A stretch of DNA of 64,000 bases from Hyphomicrobiales bacterium (GCA_016716745.1 JADJVD010000006.1:53840-117839), one strand, 5' to 3'; shown: positions 26,818-39,409, counted from the first letter of the stretch. Numbers and translations are program-made. Notes: generated by a model not told the origin, from the letters alone.

Positions 26818-28254
26818 GTGGCGGGGCCGGGACTGCGGTTCGACGAAATGGGCGGGCAGGGCGAGGCCGTCCGCCAGACTTACGAGCGTCTCGCGCAATG
26901 GCTGAACGACACGCCTGCCGACCTGCTCGCCTCGCGGCGTCGGCAGGCCGAACTGCTGTTCCGCCGCATCGGCATCACCTTCGCCGTCTATGGCGACAAG
27001 GAGGCGACCGAGCGCCTCATCCCCTTCGACATCGTGCCGCGCATTCTCTCGCGCGCGGAGTGGGACCGGCTGGAGAAGGGCCTGATCCAGCGCGTGCGCG
27101 CGCTCAACATGTTCCTCGCCGACGTGTATGGCGCGCGCGAGATTCTGCGCGCCGGAATCGTGCCGGCCGATCTCGTCTACAAGAACCCTGGCTACCGCCC
27201 CGAGATGGCGGGTCGCCCGGTTCCGCACGACGTTTACGTCCACATCGCCGGCATCGACATCATCCGCGTCGACGAGCGGGATTTCTACGTTCTCGAGGAC
27301 AATGCGCGCACGCCTTCGGGCGTCTCCTACATGCTCGAGAACCGCGAAGTGATGATGCGGCTCTTCCCCGAGCTGTTCGCCAACCACCGCGTCGCCCCGG
27401 TCGAGAACTATCCCGACGCGCTGCTGGCGACGCTGCGCTCCGTCGCCCCGCGCACCGCGGGCCGCGATCCGGCGGCGGTGCTGCTGACGCCGGGACAGTT
27501 CAATTCGGCCTATTACGAGCACTCGTTCCTGGCCGACAAGCTCGGCGTCGAACTCGTCGAGGGGCGCGATCTCTTCGTGCAAGACGACGTGGTCTACATG
27601 CGCACGACCGAGGGGCCGCGTCGCGTCGACGTGATCTACCGCCGCATCGACGACGACTTCCTGGATCCGCTCGCCTTCCGTCCCGACTCGGCGCTCGGCG
27701 TGCCCGGCCTCATGCACGCCTATCAGGCGGGCAACGTCACGCTGTGCAACGCGGTCGGCACGGGCGTCGCCGACGACAAGGCGATCTACACCTACATGCC
27801 GGACGTGATCCGCTTCTACCTCAACGAGGAGCCGATCCTGAAGAACGTGCCGACATGGCGCTGCCGCGAGGCGGACGCGTTGAAATATGTGCTCGACAAT
27901 CTCGGCGATCTCGTCGTCAAGGAGGTCAACGGCTCGGGCGGCTACGGCATGCTCGTCGGCCCGCATGCGAGCAAGGCCGAGATCGAGAGTTTCCGCGCCA
28001 AGCTCGCGCGCGATCCGGCGAACTTCATTGCTCAACCGACGCTCTCGCTCTCCACGGTGCCGACCTCGTTCGACGAGGGCGTGCGCCCGCGTCATGTCGA
28101 TCTGCGGCCGTTCGTGCTGTCGGGCTCGGACGGTGTGCGCGTGGTGCCGGGCGGGCTCACCCGCGTCGCCATGAAAGAAGGATCGCTCGTCGTCAATTCC
28201 AGTCAGGGCGGAGGCACGAAGGACACCTGGGTGCTCGACGATCTGGGAGCCTGA
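26818..28254 (+). CDS. circularly permuted ATP-grasp type 2 protein (DUF404/DUF407)
   Basis: 478 aa. The sequence (GITFAVYGDKEATERLIPFDIVPRIL, VVKEVNGSGGYGML, GGLTRVA) is typical of this family. It is the first gene of a tight four-gene cluster. Confidence 0.85.
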   Translation: MAGPGLRFDEMGGQGEAVRQTYERLAQWLNDTPADLLASRRRQAELLFRRIGITFAVYGDKEATERLIPFDIVPRILSRAEWDRLEKGLIQRVRALNMFLADVYGAREILRAGIVPADLVYKNPGYRPEMAGRPVPHDVYVHIAGIDIIRVDERDFYVLEDNARTPSGVSYMLENREVMMRLFPELFANHRVAPVENYPDALLATLRSVAPRTAGRDPAAVLLTPGQFNSAYYEHSFLADKLGVELVEGRDLFVQDDVVYMRTTEGPRRVDVIYRRIDDDFLDPLAFRPDSALGVPGLMHAYQAGNVTLCNAVGTGVADDKAIYTYMPDVIRFYLNEEPILKNVPTWRCREADALKYVLDNLGDLVVKEVNGSGGYGMLVGPHASKAEIESFRAKLARDPANFIAQPTLSLSTVPTSFDEGVRPRHVDLRPFVLSGSDGVRVVPGGLTRVAMKEGSLVVNSSQGGGTKDTWVLDDLGA

Positions 28255-28293
28255 CGCCGCGCCGCTGACGCCATCGAATTTCGGACCCATTCC

Positions 28294-29250
28294 ATGCTTT
28301 CGCGCACCGCCGACAATCTTTACTGGCTCGCCCGCTACATGGAGCGGGCGGATTATCTCGCCCGCGTCGTCGAGGTGACGCGCCGCATGGCCAATCTGCC
28401 GCGCGCCTATGGCGGCGTCGCGACGGAATGGGACAGCGCGCTGATTTCCTCCGGCGCGGAGGAGGCCTTCGCGGCGACGGGCCTCGAGCCGAACGAGACC
28501 AACGTCACCTGCTTCCTCACCTTCGACGAGAACAACCCGTCGTCGATCCGCAACTGCATCGAGCTTGCGCGCACCAACGCGCGCGCCGTGCGCACCGCGC
28601 TGACGCACGAGATGTGGGAGGCGATCAACGGCGGCTGGCTCGAGATCCGGCGGTTCGACGCGCGCCGCAACGGGCAGGGCATGCTCGACGCCGAAGACCT
28701 GACGCAGTTCCTCGAACTCGTGAAGGAAGTGTCGGTTCAGTTCGACGGTTCGGCCTACCGCACCATGCTGCGCAACGACGCCTACTGGTTCTCGCGTCTC
28801 GGCATGTATGTCGAGCGCGCCGACAACACCGCGCGCATTCTGGACGTGAAGTATCACGTGCTGCTGCCCGATGTGGAGACGATCGGCGGCTCGCTCGACT
28901 ATTTCCAGTGGACCTCGGTGCTGCGCGCGGTGTCGGCGCTGACCGCCTATCACTGGGTCTATCGTCAGAGCATCAAGCCCTGGCTGATCGCCGATCTGCT
29001 CATCCTCAAGGCCGAGATGCCGCGCTCATTGCTCTCCTGCTACGAGAACATCTCGCACTTTCTCGATCTCATCGGCAAAGCCTATGGCCGGCAGGGCCTC
29101 GCCCAGCGTCAGGCCCGCCAGCTCTATGCGCGTCTCGAACATGCGCGCATCGAGGAGATTTTCCAGACCGGCCTGCACGAATTCATCACCGCCTTCATCG
29201 ACGACAACAATCGCATCGGCGGCAGGATCGCCGAGCAATATCTGGTGTGA
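28294..29250 (+). CDS. alpha-E domain protein (DUF403)
   Basis: 318 aa. It begins MLSRTADNLYWLARYMERADYLARV, the hallmark start of alpha-E proteins. Confidence 0.85.
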   Translation: MLSRTADNLYWLARYMERADYLARVVEVTRRMANLPRAYGGVATEWDSALISSGAEEAFAATGLEPNETNVTCFLTFDENNPSSIRNCIELARTNARAVRTALTHEMWEAINGGWLEIRRFDARRNGQGMLDAEDLTQFLELVKEVSVQFDGSAYRTMLRNDAYWFSRLGMYVERADNTARILDVKYHVLLPDVETIGGSLDYFQWTSVLRAVSALTAYHWVYRQSIKPWLIADLLILKAEMPRSLLSCYENISHFLDLIGKAYGRQGLAQRQARQLYARLEHARIEEIFQTGLHEFITAFIDDNNRIGGRIAEQYLV

Positions 29251-29256
29251 GGCGCC

Positions 29257-30069
29257 ATGCGTCTGCGCGTTCGCAACGAGATCGTCTGCCGCTACCGGCC
29301 GGCCGCGACCAACGTCGTCGGCCTGATGCGGCTCACCCCGCGCGACCATTACGGACAGCATGTGATCGACTGGTCGATCGACGTCAGCGTCGATTGCCGT
29401 CTGCGCGTCTCGGAGGACGCCTTCGGCAATCAGGCGCACGCCTTCGAGGTGACGGGCCCGCTCGAAACGTTGACGATCGAGGCGACGGGCGAGGTCGACC
29501 TGTTCGACTCCACCGGCTTCGTGCGCGACGCCATCGAACGCTTTCCGGTCGAGCTTTATCTGCGCGAGACGCAGGCGACCGCGGCCGATCTCGCCCTGCG
29601 CGCCTTCGCCGACGAGGCGATGGCCAAAGCGCCGGCGCCGCTCGGCGCCATGCACGCGCTGATGGGCGCGTTGCACGAGCGCGTGACGTGCGATCCCGCC
29701 GCAGCGCCGGTCGACAGCGCGAGCGCCGCCTTCGCCGCCAGGTCCGGCGCGGCGGCGGATCTCGCGCACGCCTTCATCGCCGCCGCGCGGCATTCGGGCG
29801 CGCCGGCCCGTTTCGTCTCGGGCTACGCGGCCGATCCGCAAGGCGAGGGCGCGAGCGCGCACGCCTGGGCCGAGGTCTGGCTCGACGAATATGGCTGGAT
29901 CGCCTTCGATCCGGCGGCCAACGTCTGCCCGCACGGGCGGCATCTGCGCGTCGCGATTGGCCTCGAGCGGCTCGGCGCGGCGCCCCTGCGCAGCGTGCGC
30001 GGCGGCTATGGCGAAGAGCAGGTGGCGTCCGAGGTCGCCTTCGTCGCGCCATACCGGCAGGAACAATAG
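29257..30069 (+). CDS. transglutaminase-like cysteine peptidase family protein
   Basis: 270 aa with a transglutaminase-core pattern (ARFVSGY...AHAWAEVWL...GWIAFDP). Confidence 0.8.
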   Translation: MRLRVRNEIVCRYRPAATNVVGLMRLTPRDHYGQHVIDWSIDVSVDCRLRVSEDAFGNQAHAFEVTGPLETLTIEATGEVDLFDSTGFVRDAIERFPVELYLRETQATAADLALRAFADEAMAKAPAPLGAMHALMGALHERVTCDPAAAPVDSASAAFAARSGAAADLAHAFIAAARHSGAPARFVSGYAADPQGEGASAHAWAEVWLDEYGWIAFDPAANVCPHGRHLRVAIGLERLGAAPLRSVRGGYGEEQVASEVAFVAPYRQEQ

Positions 30070-30162
30070 CCGCCTTGAGAATGGCCGCCCCGCCGACAGT
30101 TGCCTTGCGGGGCCGGGCGCGACGCGCTATCGGCCGCGCATGAACCGCTGGAACCTGATCCG

Positions 30163-30912
30163 ATGACCTATTGCTGCGGCGTCCTCGTGCGCGAGGGGCT
30201 GGTGATGATCGCCGACACGCGCACCAATGCGGGCCTCGACGACATCTCCACCTTCCGCAAGCTGCACAACCTCTCCGAGCCTGGCGAGCGGCTGATCTCC
30301 ATCGCCAGCGCGGGCAACCTGTCGATCACCCAGAGCGTCGTGTCGCTGGCGAGCGAGGGGCTCGAGAATCCGGAGACCGGCGTCGTCGAGCGCCTGTCGG
30401 ATGTCGGCTCGATGTTCAAGGCCGCGCAACTGCTCGGCCGCTGCATCCGCAAGGTGCGCGACATCGAGGGCGCGGCGCTCGACAGAATGGACATCGCCTT
30501 CAAGATCACGCTGCTCGTCGGCGGTCAGATCAGGGGCGACCGCCTGCGCCTGTTCATGCTGTATTCGGCCGGCAACTTCATCGAATGCACGCCGGACGCG
30601 CCGTTCCTGCAGATCGGCGAACACAAATACGGCAAGCCGATTCTCGACCGGGCCGTGACCTTCGACACCGAGCTGTACGACGCGCTGAAGATCGGCCTTA
30701 TCTCGATGGATTCGACGATGCGCTCCAATCTCGGCGTCGGCATGCCGATCGACGTGCTGGTGATGCGCCGCGACGCGCAGCTCGCCGAGGTCGATCATCG
30801 CATCGATTCCAGCGACGCCTATTTCCGCGATCTGCGCGACCGCTGGTCGTCGGCGCTGCGCGCCGCGCATATCGCGATTCCGAAGCCGCCTTACGGCGCC
30901 GGCGCGCCGTGA
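30163..30912 (+). CDS. Anbu (ancestral beta-subunit) proteasome-type peptidase
   Basis: Internal ATG of ORF 30100..30912. MTYCCGVLVREGLVMIADTRTNAG has Thr directly after the initiator Met, as in Ntn-hydrolase/proteasome beta-like proteins. Confidence 0.8.
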   Translation: MTYCCGVLVREGLVMIADTRTNAGLDDISTFRKLHNLSEPGERLISIASAGNLSITQSVVSLASEGLENPETGVVERLSDVGSMFKAAQLLGRCIRKVRDIEGAALDRMDIAFKITLLVGGQIRGDRLRLFMLYSAGNFIECTPDAPFLQIGEHKYGKPILDRAVTFDTELYDALKIGLISMDSTMRSNLGVGMPIDVLVMRRDAQLAEVDHRIDSSDAYFRDLRDRWSSALRAAHIAIPKPPYGAGAP

Positions 30913-30924
30913 CGGCGCCGCGCT

Positions 30925-32028
30925 TCACGCCTCCAGCAACGCGCGCACATGGCGCGCGATGGCGAGCGAGGCGGTGAGCCCGGGCGATTCGATTCCGAAC
31001 AGATGCGCCAGCCCCGTGAGCCCATGCGCGCGCGGACCCTGGATGAGAAAGTCCTGCGTCCCCGCCTCGGGCGGCGCGATCTTCGGGCGCACGCCCGCAT
31101 AGCCGGGCGCCAGCGCCCCGTCCGGCAGGGCCGGCCAGTAGCGGCGGATCGCGGCGTAGAATGTGTCGCCGCGCGCGGGATCGACCGCATAGTCGAGCCG
31201 CTCGATCCATTCGACGTCCGGCCCGAATTTCGCCTGCCCGCCGAGATCGAGCGTCAGATGCACGCCGAGCCCGCCGGGCTGCGGCACGGGATAGATCAGC
31301 CGTGTGAACGGCGAGCGCCCCGTCAGCGTGAAATAATTGCCCCTGGCGAAGAAGGCGCGCGGGGCGAGCCGCGCGTCGTAGCCGGCCATGCCCTGCGCCA
31401 GGGCCGGCGCGCCATGGCCGGCGGCGTTGATCAGCCTGTCGCAGGCGAGCGTCATCGCCTCCGCCCCGCCTGTCTCGACGACGAAGCCGCGCGCCCCTGC
31501 CGCGATGCGCGTCACCGGCGCGTGAAAGGCGAACATCGCGCCTGCCGCCTCCGCCTCGCCCTTCAGCGCCAGCATGTAGCCGTGGCTGTCGATCACGCCG
31601 GTCGAGGGCGAGACGAGCGCCCCCGCGCAGGCGAGCGCCGGCTCCATCGCCAACGCCTCGTCGCGCGAGATCGCGCGCAGATCGTCGACGCCGTTGGCCG
31701 CCGCCCGCGCCCGGATCGAGTCGAGCGTGGCGACTTCCGCCGCGTCCGCCGCCACGATCAGCTTGCCGCAGCGCCGATGCGCGATCCCGTGCGCGGCGGC
31801 GTAATCGTAGAGCAGGGCGCGCCCCTCGACGCAGAGCCGCGCCATCAGCCCGCCCTTCGGATAGTAGATGCCGGCGTGGATCACTTCGGAATTGCGCGCC
31901 GAGGTCTCCATGCCGAAGGACTCGTTGGCCTCCAGCACGACGACCTCGCGCCCCGACAACGCCAGCTCGCGCGCGATGGCGAGCCCGACGACGCCGGCCC
32001 CGATGACGATGGTGTCGACTCGCTCCAT
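30925..32028 (-). CDS. FAD-dependent oxidoreductase (L-2-hydroxyglutarate oxidase/dehydrogenase-like)
   Basis: 367 aa with an N-terminal dinucleotide fold, [19 protein letters not shown]. Confidence 0.8.
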   Translation of the reverse strand: MERVDTIVIGAGVVGLAIARELALSGREVVVLEANESFGMETSARNSEVIHAGIYYPKGGLMARLCVEGRALLYDYAAAHGIAHRRCGKLIVAADAAEVATLDSIRARAAANGVDDLRAISRDEALAMEPALACAGALVSPSTGVIDSHGYMLALKGEAEAAGAMFAFHAPVTRIAAGARGFVVETGGAEAMTLACDRLINAAGHGAPALAQGMAGYDARLAPRAFFARGNYFTLTGRSPFTRLIYPVPQPGGLGVHLTLDLGGQAKFGPDVEWIERLDYAVDPARGDTFYAAIRRYWPALPDGALAPGYAGVRPKIAPPEAGTQDFLIQGPRAHGLTGLAHLFGIESPGLTASLAIARHVRALLEA

Positions 32029-32131
32029 CCCGCGACCTTAGGCGCCGCGACGGCAAACGCCAGCCGAGCGCAGACCCCGGGCGAACGCCGCCCGCCTTGC
32101 CAGCGCCGCCTCGATCCGCCACAAACCGGCG

Positions 32132-33130
32132 ATGCGCCCCGACGAATTGCGCTTTTCCGTCGCCCCGATGCTCGATTGGACGGACCGGCATTGCCGGATG
32201 CTCCATCGCGGCCTGTCGCGGCGCGCGCGGCTTTACACCGAGATGGTGACGACGGGCGCGATCATTCACGGCGACCGGGCGCGCTTGCTCGGCTTCGATT
32301 CGCGCGAGCAGCCCGTCGCGCTGCAACTCGGCGGCTCGGACCCTGCCGATCTCGCCGCCTGCGCCCGCATCGGCGCGGCGGAGGGCTATGCCGAGATCAA
32401 CCTGAATTGCGGCTGCCCGTCCGACCGGGTGCAGAACGGCGCCTTCGGCGCCTGCCTGATGAAGTCGCCGGCCGCCGTCGCCGAGGCCGTGGCCGCGATG
32501 AAGGGCGCCGTGCGCATCCCGGTGACGGTGAAGTGCCGCATCGGCGTCGACGATCAGGAGCCGCGCGAGGCGCTGTTCGCCTTCGCGCAGGCGGTGATCG
32601 CCGCCGGCGCCGACGCGCTGATCGTCCACGCCCGAAAGGCCTGGCTGCAAGGCCTGTCGCCGCGCGAGAACCGCGACGTGCCCCCGCTCGACTATCCGCT
32701 GGTGCGCGACCTCAAGCGCGCCCATCCCGCGACGCCGGTCGTGCTGAACGGCGGCCTCGCCGATCTCGATCGGGCGAAGGCGGAGATCGAGGGGCTCGAC
32801 GGCGCGATGCTCGGCCGCGCCGCCTACCAGTCTCCCGAGCTGCTGCTGCGGGTCGACCCGGACTGGTTCGGCGAACCGGCCCCGGCCGCGGACGCCTTCG
32901 AGGCGGTCGAGGCCTATGTCCCGTATATGGAGGCGCAGCTCGCCGCCGGCGTGCGCCTCGCCGACATGACGCGCCACATGCTCGGCCTGTTCGCGGGACG
33001 GCCCGGCGCGCGGCTCTGGCGGCGCCATCTGGCGACCGAGGCGGTCAAGCGCGGCGCCGGTCTCGACGTCCTGCACGCCGCCCTCGCGCATGTGAAACGC
33101 CCCACGGAGACGGATCGCGATGCAGCCTGA
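32132..33130 (+). CDS. dusA: tRNA-dihydrouridine(20/20a) synthase
   Basis: 332 aa. FSVAPMLDWTDRHCR and EINLNCGCPSDRVQNGAFGACLM are DusA signatures. Confidence 0.9.
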   Translation: MRPDELRFSVAPMLDWTDRHCRMLHRGLSRRARLYTEMVTTGAIIHGDRARLLGFDSREQPVALQLGGSDPADLAACARIGAAEGYAEINLNCGCPSDRVQNGAFGACLMKSPAAVAEAVAAMKGAVRIPVTVKCRIGVDDQEPREALFAFAQAVIAAGADALIVHARKAWLQGLSPRENRDVPPLDYPLVRDLKRAHPATPVVLNGGLADLDRAKAEIEGLDGAMLGRAAYQSPELLLRVDPDWFGEPAPAADAFEAVEAYVPYMEAQLAAGVRLADMTRHMLGLFAGRPGARLWRRHLATEAVKRGAGLDVLHAALAHVKRPTETDRDAA

Positions 33131-33563
33131 GACGACGCTCGACCCCGCTATCGAGGCCAAGGTGCGCGCCAGCTTCGCCGCGCAATCGGCGATGCGCACC
33201 ATCGGGGCGCGGCTCGCGTCGGTGCGGCCCGGCGCGGTCGAGATCGAGTTGCCGGCGGCCGATCACATCAACCAGCAGCAAGGCTTCGCGCATGGCGGCG
33301 TGATCGGCATGATCCTCGACAGCGCCTGCGGCTACGCCTCCTTCACGACGATGCCGCTCGACTGCGAGGTCGTCAGCATCGAGTACAAGATCAACTTCCT
33401 GCGCCCCGCCGTCGGCGAGCGCTTCGTGGCGCGCGGGCGGGTGACGCGGCCGGGCCGCACTGTCGCCGTGGCGCAGGGGGAGGTGGTGGCGGTGACGAAC
33501 GGCGCCGAGCAGACGGTGGCCGTCATGCTGGCGACGATGGCGGTGGTGAAGGCGCCGGCTTGA
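33120..33563 (+). CDS. PaaI-family hotdog-fold thioesterase
   Basis: 147 aa with the GFAHGGVIGMILDSACGYA motif. Confidence 0.8.
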   Translation: MQPETTLDPAIEAKVRASFAAQSAMRTIGARLASVRPGAVEIELPAADHINQQQGFAHGGVIGMILDSACGYASFTTMPLDCEVVSIEYKINFLRPAVGERFVARGRVTRPGRTVAVAQGEVVAVTNGAEQTVAVMLATMAVVKAPA

Positions 33564-33570
33564 GGCGCGC

Positions 33571-34404
33571 TTACGGCTTGTCGCGCACGTCGACGCCGGC
33601 GACGGCCGACGGTTTCCACGTCTTCGCGCCGATCTGCCCCAGAAATTCGAGCGTCAGATCGACGACCTTGCGCTTGGTCGAGGAGGCGCCGAGTCCGCCG
33701 AGCGCGAAATGCGTCGCGTTCGGGATCACGGCGAAGCGCTTCTGCGTCGAGGCAGCGCCCTCGAAGGCGGCCGCGCGCGCGCCGCCCTCGCCGGGATCGC
33801 GCGTGCCGGTGACGAACAGCACGGGCTTCTTCACGCCGGCCCACGCGTCCGCGGCGAAGACGCGGCCGACGCCCGGCGACGACAGCGCGACATAGGCGTC
33901 GAACCTGTCCTTGCCCGTGACGGCGAAGCGCGGCCTGGCGCCGGCCTCGATCAGCGTGGTGACGGCGCCGTTGGCGTGGCCGGCGAGCGCCAGCAAGGGC
34001 GGCCGGCACGTCTTGGTGGCGAAGCCGTAGGCGGCGTCGAGTTCGAGCGCGCGCTCCTTGTTGGAGGCGAGGTCCGCCTCGTCGCCCGTCGTCGGGCGCA
34101 GCCGGCCGGCGCGCACGAGCCGCCCCTGAAACACGGCGCGGCCGCTTTCCAGATGCCGCATGACGATGACGCGATAGCCCTGCGCCACCAGCGCGCCGGA
34201 CAGGAAGCGCATCGCGTCGACGCGCGCGCCGAGGCCGCGCGAGAGGATCACCGTCGGCGCGCATTTGGCGCCCCCCTTCGCCTCGAACACGCGCAGCGCC
34301 GCCTGACCGCCGTCGGCGGTCGGCACGTTGAGCGCGGTTTGCGCCGAGGCCGGCAGCGTCGCCGCAAGGAAAATCAGGGCGGCGGCGCGGAAGAGATTTC
34401 GCAT
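33571..34404 (-). CDS. secreted alpha/beta-hydrolase-fold protein (dienelactone-hydrolase-like)
   Basis: 277 aa with signal peptide MRNLFRAAALIFLAATLPASAQ. The family call is based on overall pattern only. Confidence 0.6.
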   Translation of the reverse strand: MRNLFRAAALIFLAATLPASAQTALNVPTADGGQAALRVFEAKGGAKCAPTVILSRGLGARVDAMRFLSGALVAQGYRVIVMRHLESGRAVFQGRLVRAGRLRPTTGDEADLASNKERALELDAAYGFATKTCRPPLLALAGHANGAVTTLIEAGARPRFAVTGKDRFDAYVALSSPGVGRVFAADAWAGVKKPVLFVTGTRDPGEGGARAAAFEGAASTQKRFAVIPNATHFALGGLGASSTKRKVVDLTLEFLGQIGAKTWKPSAVAGVDVRDKP

Positions 34405-34526
34405 GGAATCGGCAAGTCCTTCGCCCGACGGGGGGCAGAGTCGCTTCCCGCACTATCGCGGTTTTTTCGTGGTGAGGCGACGCGACATGTGGCACGCAGG
34501 CCCGTGCCGCCACGCAAGGACGCCCG

Positions 34527-35360
34527 ATGTTCTCGATCCCCGTCGCCGATCTCGCCTTTCTCGCCGCCGCGCTGGTCGTGGCAGGGGCGGTCACCGGCTT
34601 GCTCGCCGGCGTGTTCGGCGTCGGCGGCGGCGCCGTCGTCGTGCCGATTCTCTACTGGTGCTTCGGCTTTCTCGGCGTGCCCGAGGACATTCGCATGCCG
34701 CTCTGCGTCGGCACGTCGCTGGCGGTGATCATCCCGACCTCGATCCGCTCCTTCAACGCCCACCGCGCCAAGGGCGCTGCGGACACCTCGATCGTGCGCG
34801 CTTGGGCGGTCCCGGTGGTGCTCGGCGTCCTCGTCGGCAGCCTGATCGCCCGTTACGCGCCGGCCGGCGTGTTCAAGGGCGTGTTCGCAGGCGTCGCCTT
34901 CGTCAGCGCCATCCGTCTGCTGTTCGGGCGCGATTCGTGGCGGCTGCCCGGCGAATTGAAGCCCGGTCCGCTGATGTCGGCCTACGGTCTCGGCATCGGC
35001 GTTCTGTCGACGCTGATGGGCATCGGCGGCGGACAATTGTCGAACCTGTTCATGACGCTCTACGGCCGCCCGATCCATCAGGCGGTGGCGACCTCCGCCG
35101 GCCTCGGTGTGCTGATCTCGATTCCCGGCGCGCTCGGCGCGGTCTATGCGGGCTGGCCGCAGATGAGCCGGCTGCCGCCGCTCTCGCTCGGCTACGTCTC
35201 GCTGATCGCCTTCGCGCTGATGGTGCCGACCAGCATGTGGACGGCGCCGATCGGCGCGCGCCTGGCGCATCGTCTGTCGAAACGCCGGCTCGAGGTCGCC
35301 TTCGGCATTTTCCTGCTGCTGGTTTCGATGCGCTTTCTGGCGAGCCTGCTCGGCTACTGA
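34527..35360 (+). CDS. TauE/SafE-family anion exporter
   Basis: 277 aa, polytopic, with the GVFGVGGGAVVVP motif repeated as GIGGGQL. Confidence 0.8.
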   Translation: MFSIPVADLAFLAAALVVAGAVTGLLAGVFGVGGGAVVVPILYWCFGFLGVPEDIRMPLCVGTSLAVIIPTSIRSFNAHRAKGAADTSIVRAWAVPVVLGVLVGSLIARYAPAGVFKGVFAGVAFVSAIRLLFGRDSWRLPGELKPGPLMSAYGLGIGVLSTLMGIGGGQLSNLFMTLYGRPIHQAVATSAGLGVLISIPGALGAVYAGWPQMSRLPPLSLGYVSLIAFALMVPTSMWTAPIGARLAHRLSKRRLEVAFGIFLLLVSMRFLASLLGY

Positions 35361-36181
35361 AGCGCCGGCGCGAGCAGCGCCGCCAGCATCGCGATCTCGG
35401 CGAGCTGCTCGGCCGCGCCGGCGACGTCGCCCGTGGCGCCGCCGATTTGCCGGCGCGCGATCTGCGTCATGGCCAGACTCGCGGCGAGCGCGGCGAGGAG
35501 CGCGACGAGCGTCGCCGTCGCCGACAGTCCGACGAGCTGCGCCAGACCGAGCGAGATCGCCGCCGACAGAACGAAGCCGATGGCGAGCGTCGCCGGCGAT
35601 GGCTTCATCGCCGCCCACATCGCCCCGTCCGTCCGCGCCGGATCGAGCAGGGCGAGCGGCGCCAGCGCGGCCGTGCGCGCGACGGCGCCCAGCATGATCA
35701 AGGCGCCGGCGGCGGCGAGCGCGCCCGACCGGTCGAGCAGCGCCGCGAGCGCGGCGGCGCGGGCGAGAATCGAGACGACGAGCGCCGCCCCGCCGAACGT
35801 CCCGATCCGGCTGTCGCGCATGATCTCGAGCTTGCGCTCGCGCGTGCGCCCGCCGCCGAAGCCGTCCGCCGTGTCGGCGAGCCCGTCCTCGTGGAAGGCC
35901 CCGGTCGTCAGCATCGAGGCGGCGAGCGTCAGCGCCGCGACGAAGCTCGCGGGCAGGCCGGCGGCGGCGAGCGCGGCCAGAACCAGCGCCGCGGGCAGGG
36001 CGATCAGCGCGCCGGCGAGCGGCAGCCAGCGCGCGCCGCGCCGGAAGTCGAGCATGGCGTGGGGCGCGCGCTCGAAGCCGAAGGCGGGGACCGGCAGGCG
36101 CGAGTAGAAACGAAGACAGCGCAGCAGGTGCTCTGCCGCGCTGGCCGGGTCGGAGGAGTCTTCGCGTCGCGCGTCGGTCAC
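35354..36181 (-). CDS. cobS: adenosylcobinamide-GDP ribazoletransferase (cobalamin synthase)
   Basis: 275-aa membrane protein with FYSRLPVP and GAFHEDGLADTADGFGGG motifs. Confidence 0.85.
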   Translation of the reverse strand: MTDARREDSSDPASAAEHLLRCLRFYSRLPVPAFGFERAPHAMLDFRRGARWLPLAGALIALPAALVLAALAAAGLPASFVAALTLAASMLTTGAFHEDGLADTADGFGGGRTRERKLEIMRDSRIGTFGGAALVVSILARAAALAALLDRSGALAAAGALIMLGAVARTAALAPLALLDPARTDGAMWAAMKPSPATLAIGFVLSAAISLGLAQLVGLSATATLVALLAALAASLAMTQIARRQIGGATGDVAGAAEQLAEIAMLAALLAPALQ

Positions 36182-36227
36182 GCCGCGCTTGTCGCGCGTT
36201 TGCGCGGGGCTTGTCGAGCCGGGCGGC

Positions 36228-36449
36228 TCAGATGATCAGCGTGCTCACGGCGGCGGCGACGACTGTCGCGGCGGCGGCGATCAGCGCGGCCGAGAAGACG
36301 ACCTCGCGGACGGCGATGCGGTGGTGGAGGGTCATTCTCGTCATCCTGTGCGGGCGCGTCTGCGCGGGTCTGCTGGTCGCCTCGGCGGCGTCGACCGTCT
36401 TGTCGCGCAGGCTGAGCATGGTTTCGGTGCGGCTGCGCACGGCGCTCAT
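36228..36449 (-). CDS. small hypothetical protein with a C-terminal hydrophobic helix
   Basis: 73-aa ORF with high GC3. The C-terminus VVFSAALIAAAATVVAAAVSTLII is hydrophobic. It ends 46 nt upstream of cobS. Confidence 0.3.
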   Translation of the reverse strand: MSAVRSRTETMLSLRDKTVDAAEATSRPAQTRPHRMTRMTLHHRIAVREVVFSAALIAAAATVVAAAVSTLII

Positions 36450-36565
36450 CTGACTGGCTCCGAGGCGGCGGCTCGCGACGCTGCGGCCGCAACCACGGAG
36501 GCCGTCGCCACGGCGGCGGCGGACATCGAGATGACGAGGGCGAGCGACAGGAGAACGCGGGACAT
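36446..36565 (-). CDS. very small hypothetical protein (39 aa) with a signal-peptide-like N-terminus
   Basis: Not in the ORF track. It reads MSRVLLSLALVISMSAAAVATASVVAAAASRAAASEPVR, and its TGA overlaps the ATG of the next small ORF (ATGA). No clear SD sequence is present. Confidence 0.2.
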   Translation of the reverse strand: MSRVLLSLALVISMSAAAVATASVVAAAASRAAASEPVR

Positions 36566-36690
36566 GACGCAGGCGAGGACAGAGGGAAAAGGTGGCGCGC
36601 AGATGGCGAAAAGCCGGATTGCGCGCTTCTTTGAATAAACTATGCCCGGAACGGTTAGCGCCCGATTAAGCGGCGCGGCCTTGCCCGTGG

Positions 36691-36731
36691 CAAAAACGAC
36701 GAACGCTCCGGCCTCGTCGGTCGGAGCGTTC
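36691..36731 (-). terminator. rho-independent terminator after TRAP binding-protein gene 1
   Basis: On the minus strand: GAACGCTCCG-loop(11)-CGGAGCGTTC followed by GTCGTTTTTG. Confidence 0.7.
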
Positions 36732-36763
36732 GCGCGATGGCGTGATCTGCGTGCGGCTTTCGT

Positions 36764-39317
<2,554 letters not shown>

Positions 39318-39409
39318 TCAGGGGAATCTTAGGCGCGTTTCTTAAACCGACGGCGAGACATGGCGTTCATGGTCGAACGCGAAGAACGCCGAAGGCGAGG
39401 GAGCGTGTC

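Noticed and set aside
32029-32131. The 5' region of dusA is a known integration hotspot for integrative elements.
   Set aside because: The upstream neighbour is an ordinary divergent oxidoreductase gene. There is no integrase, no repeats and no compositional shift.
36583-36594. AGGGAAAAGGTG resembles the start of a cobalamin riboswitch core and lies close to cobS.
   Set aside because: It is on the plus strand, whereas all neighbouring genes are on the minus strand. No B12 box (GCCACTG-like) or matching pairing elements follow.
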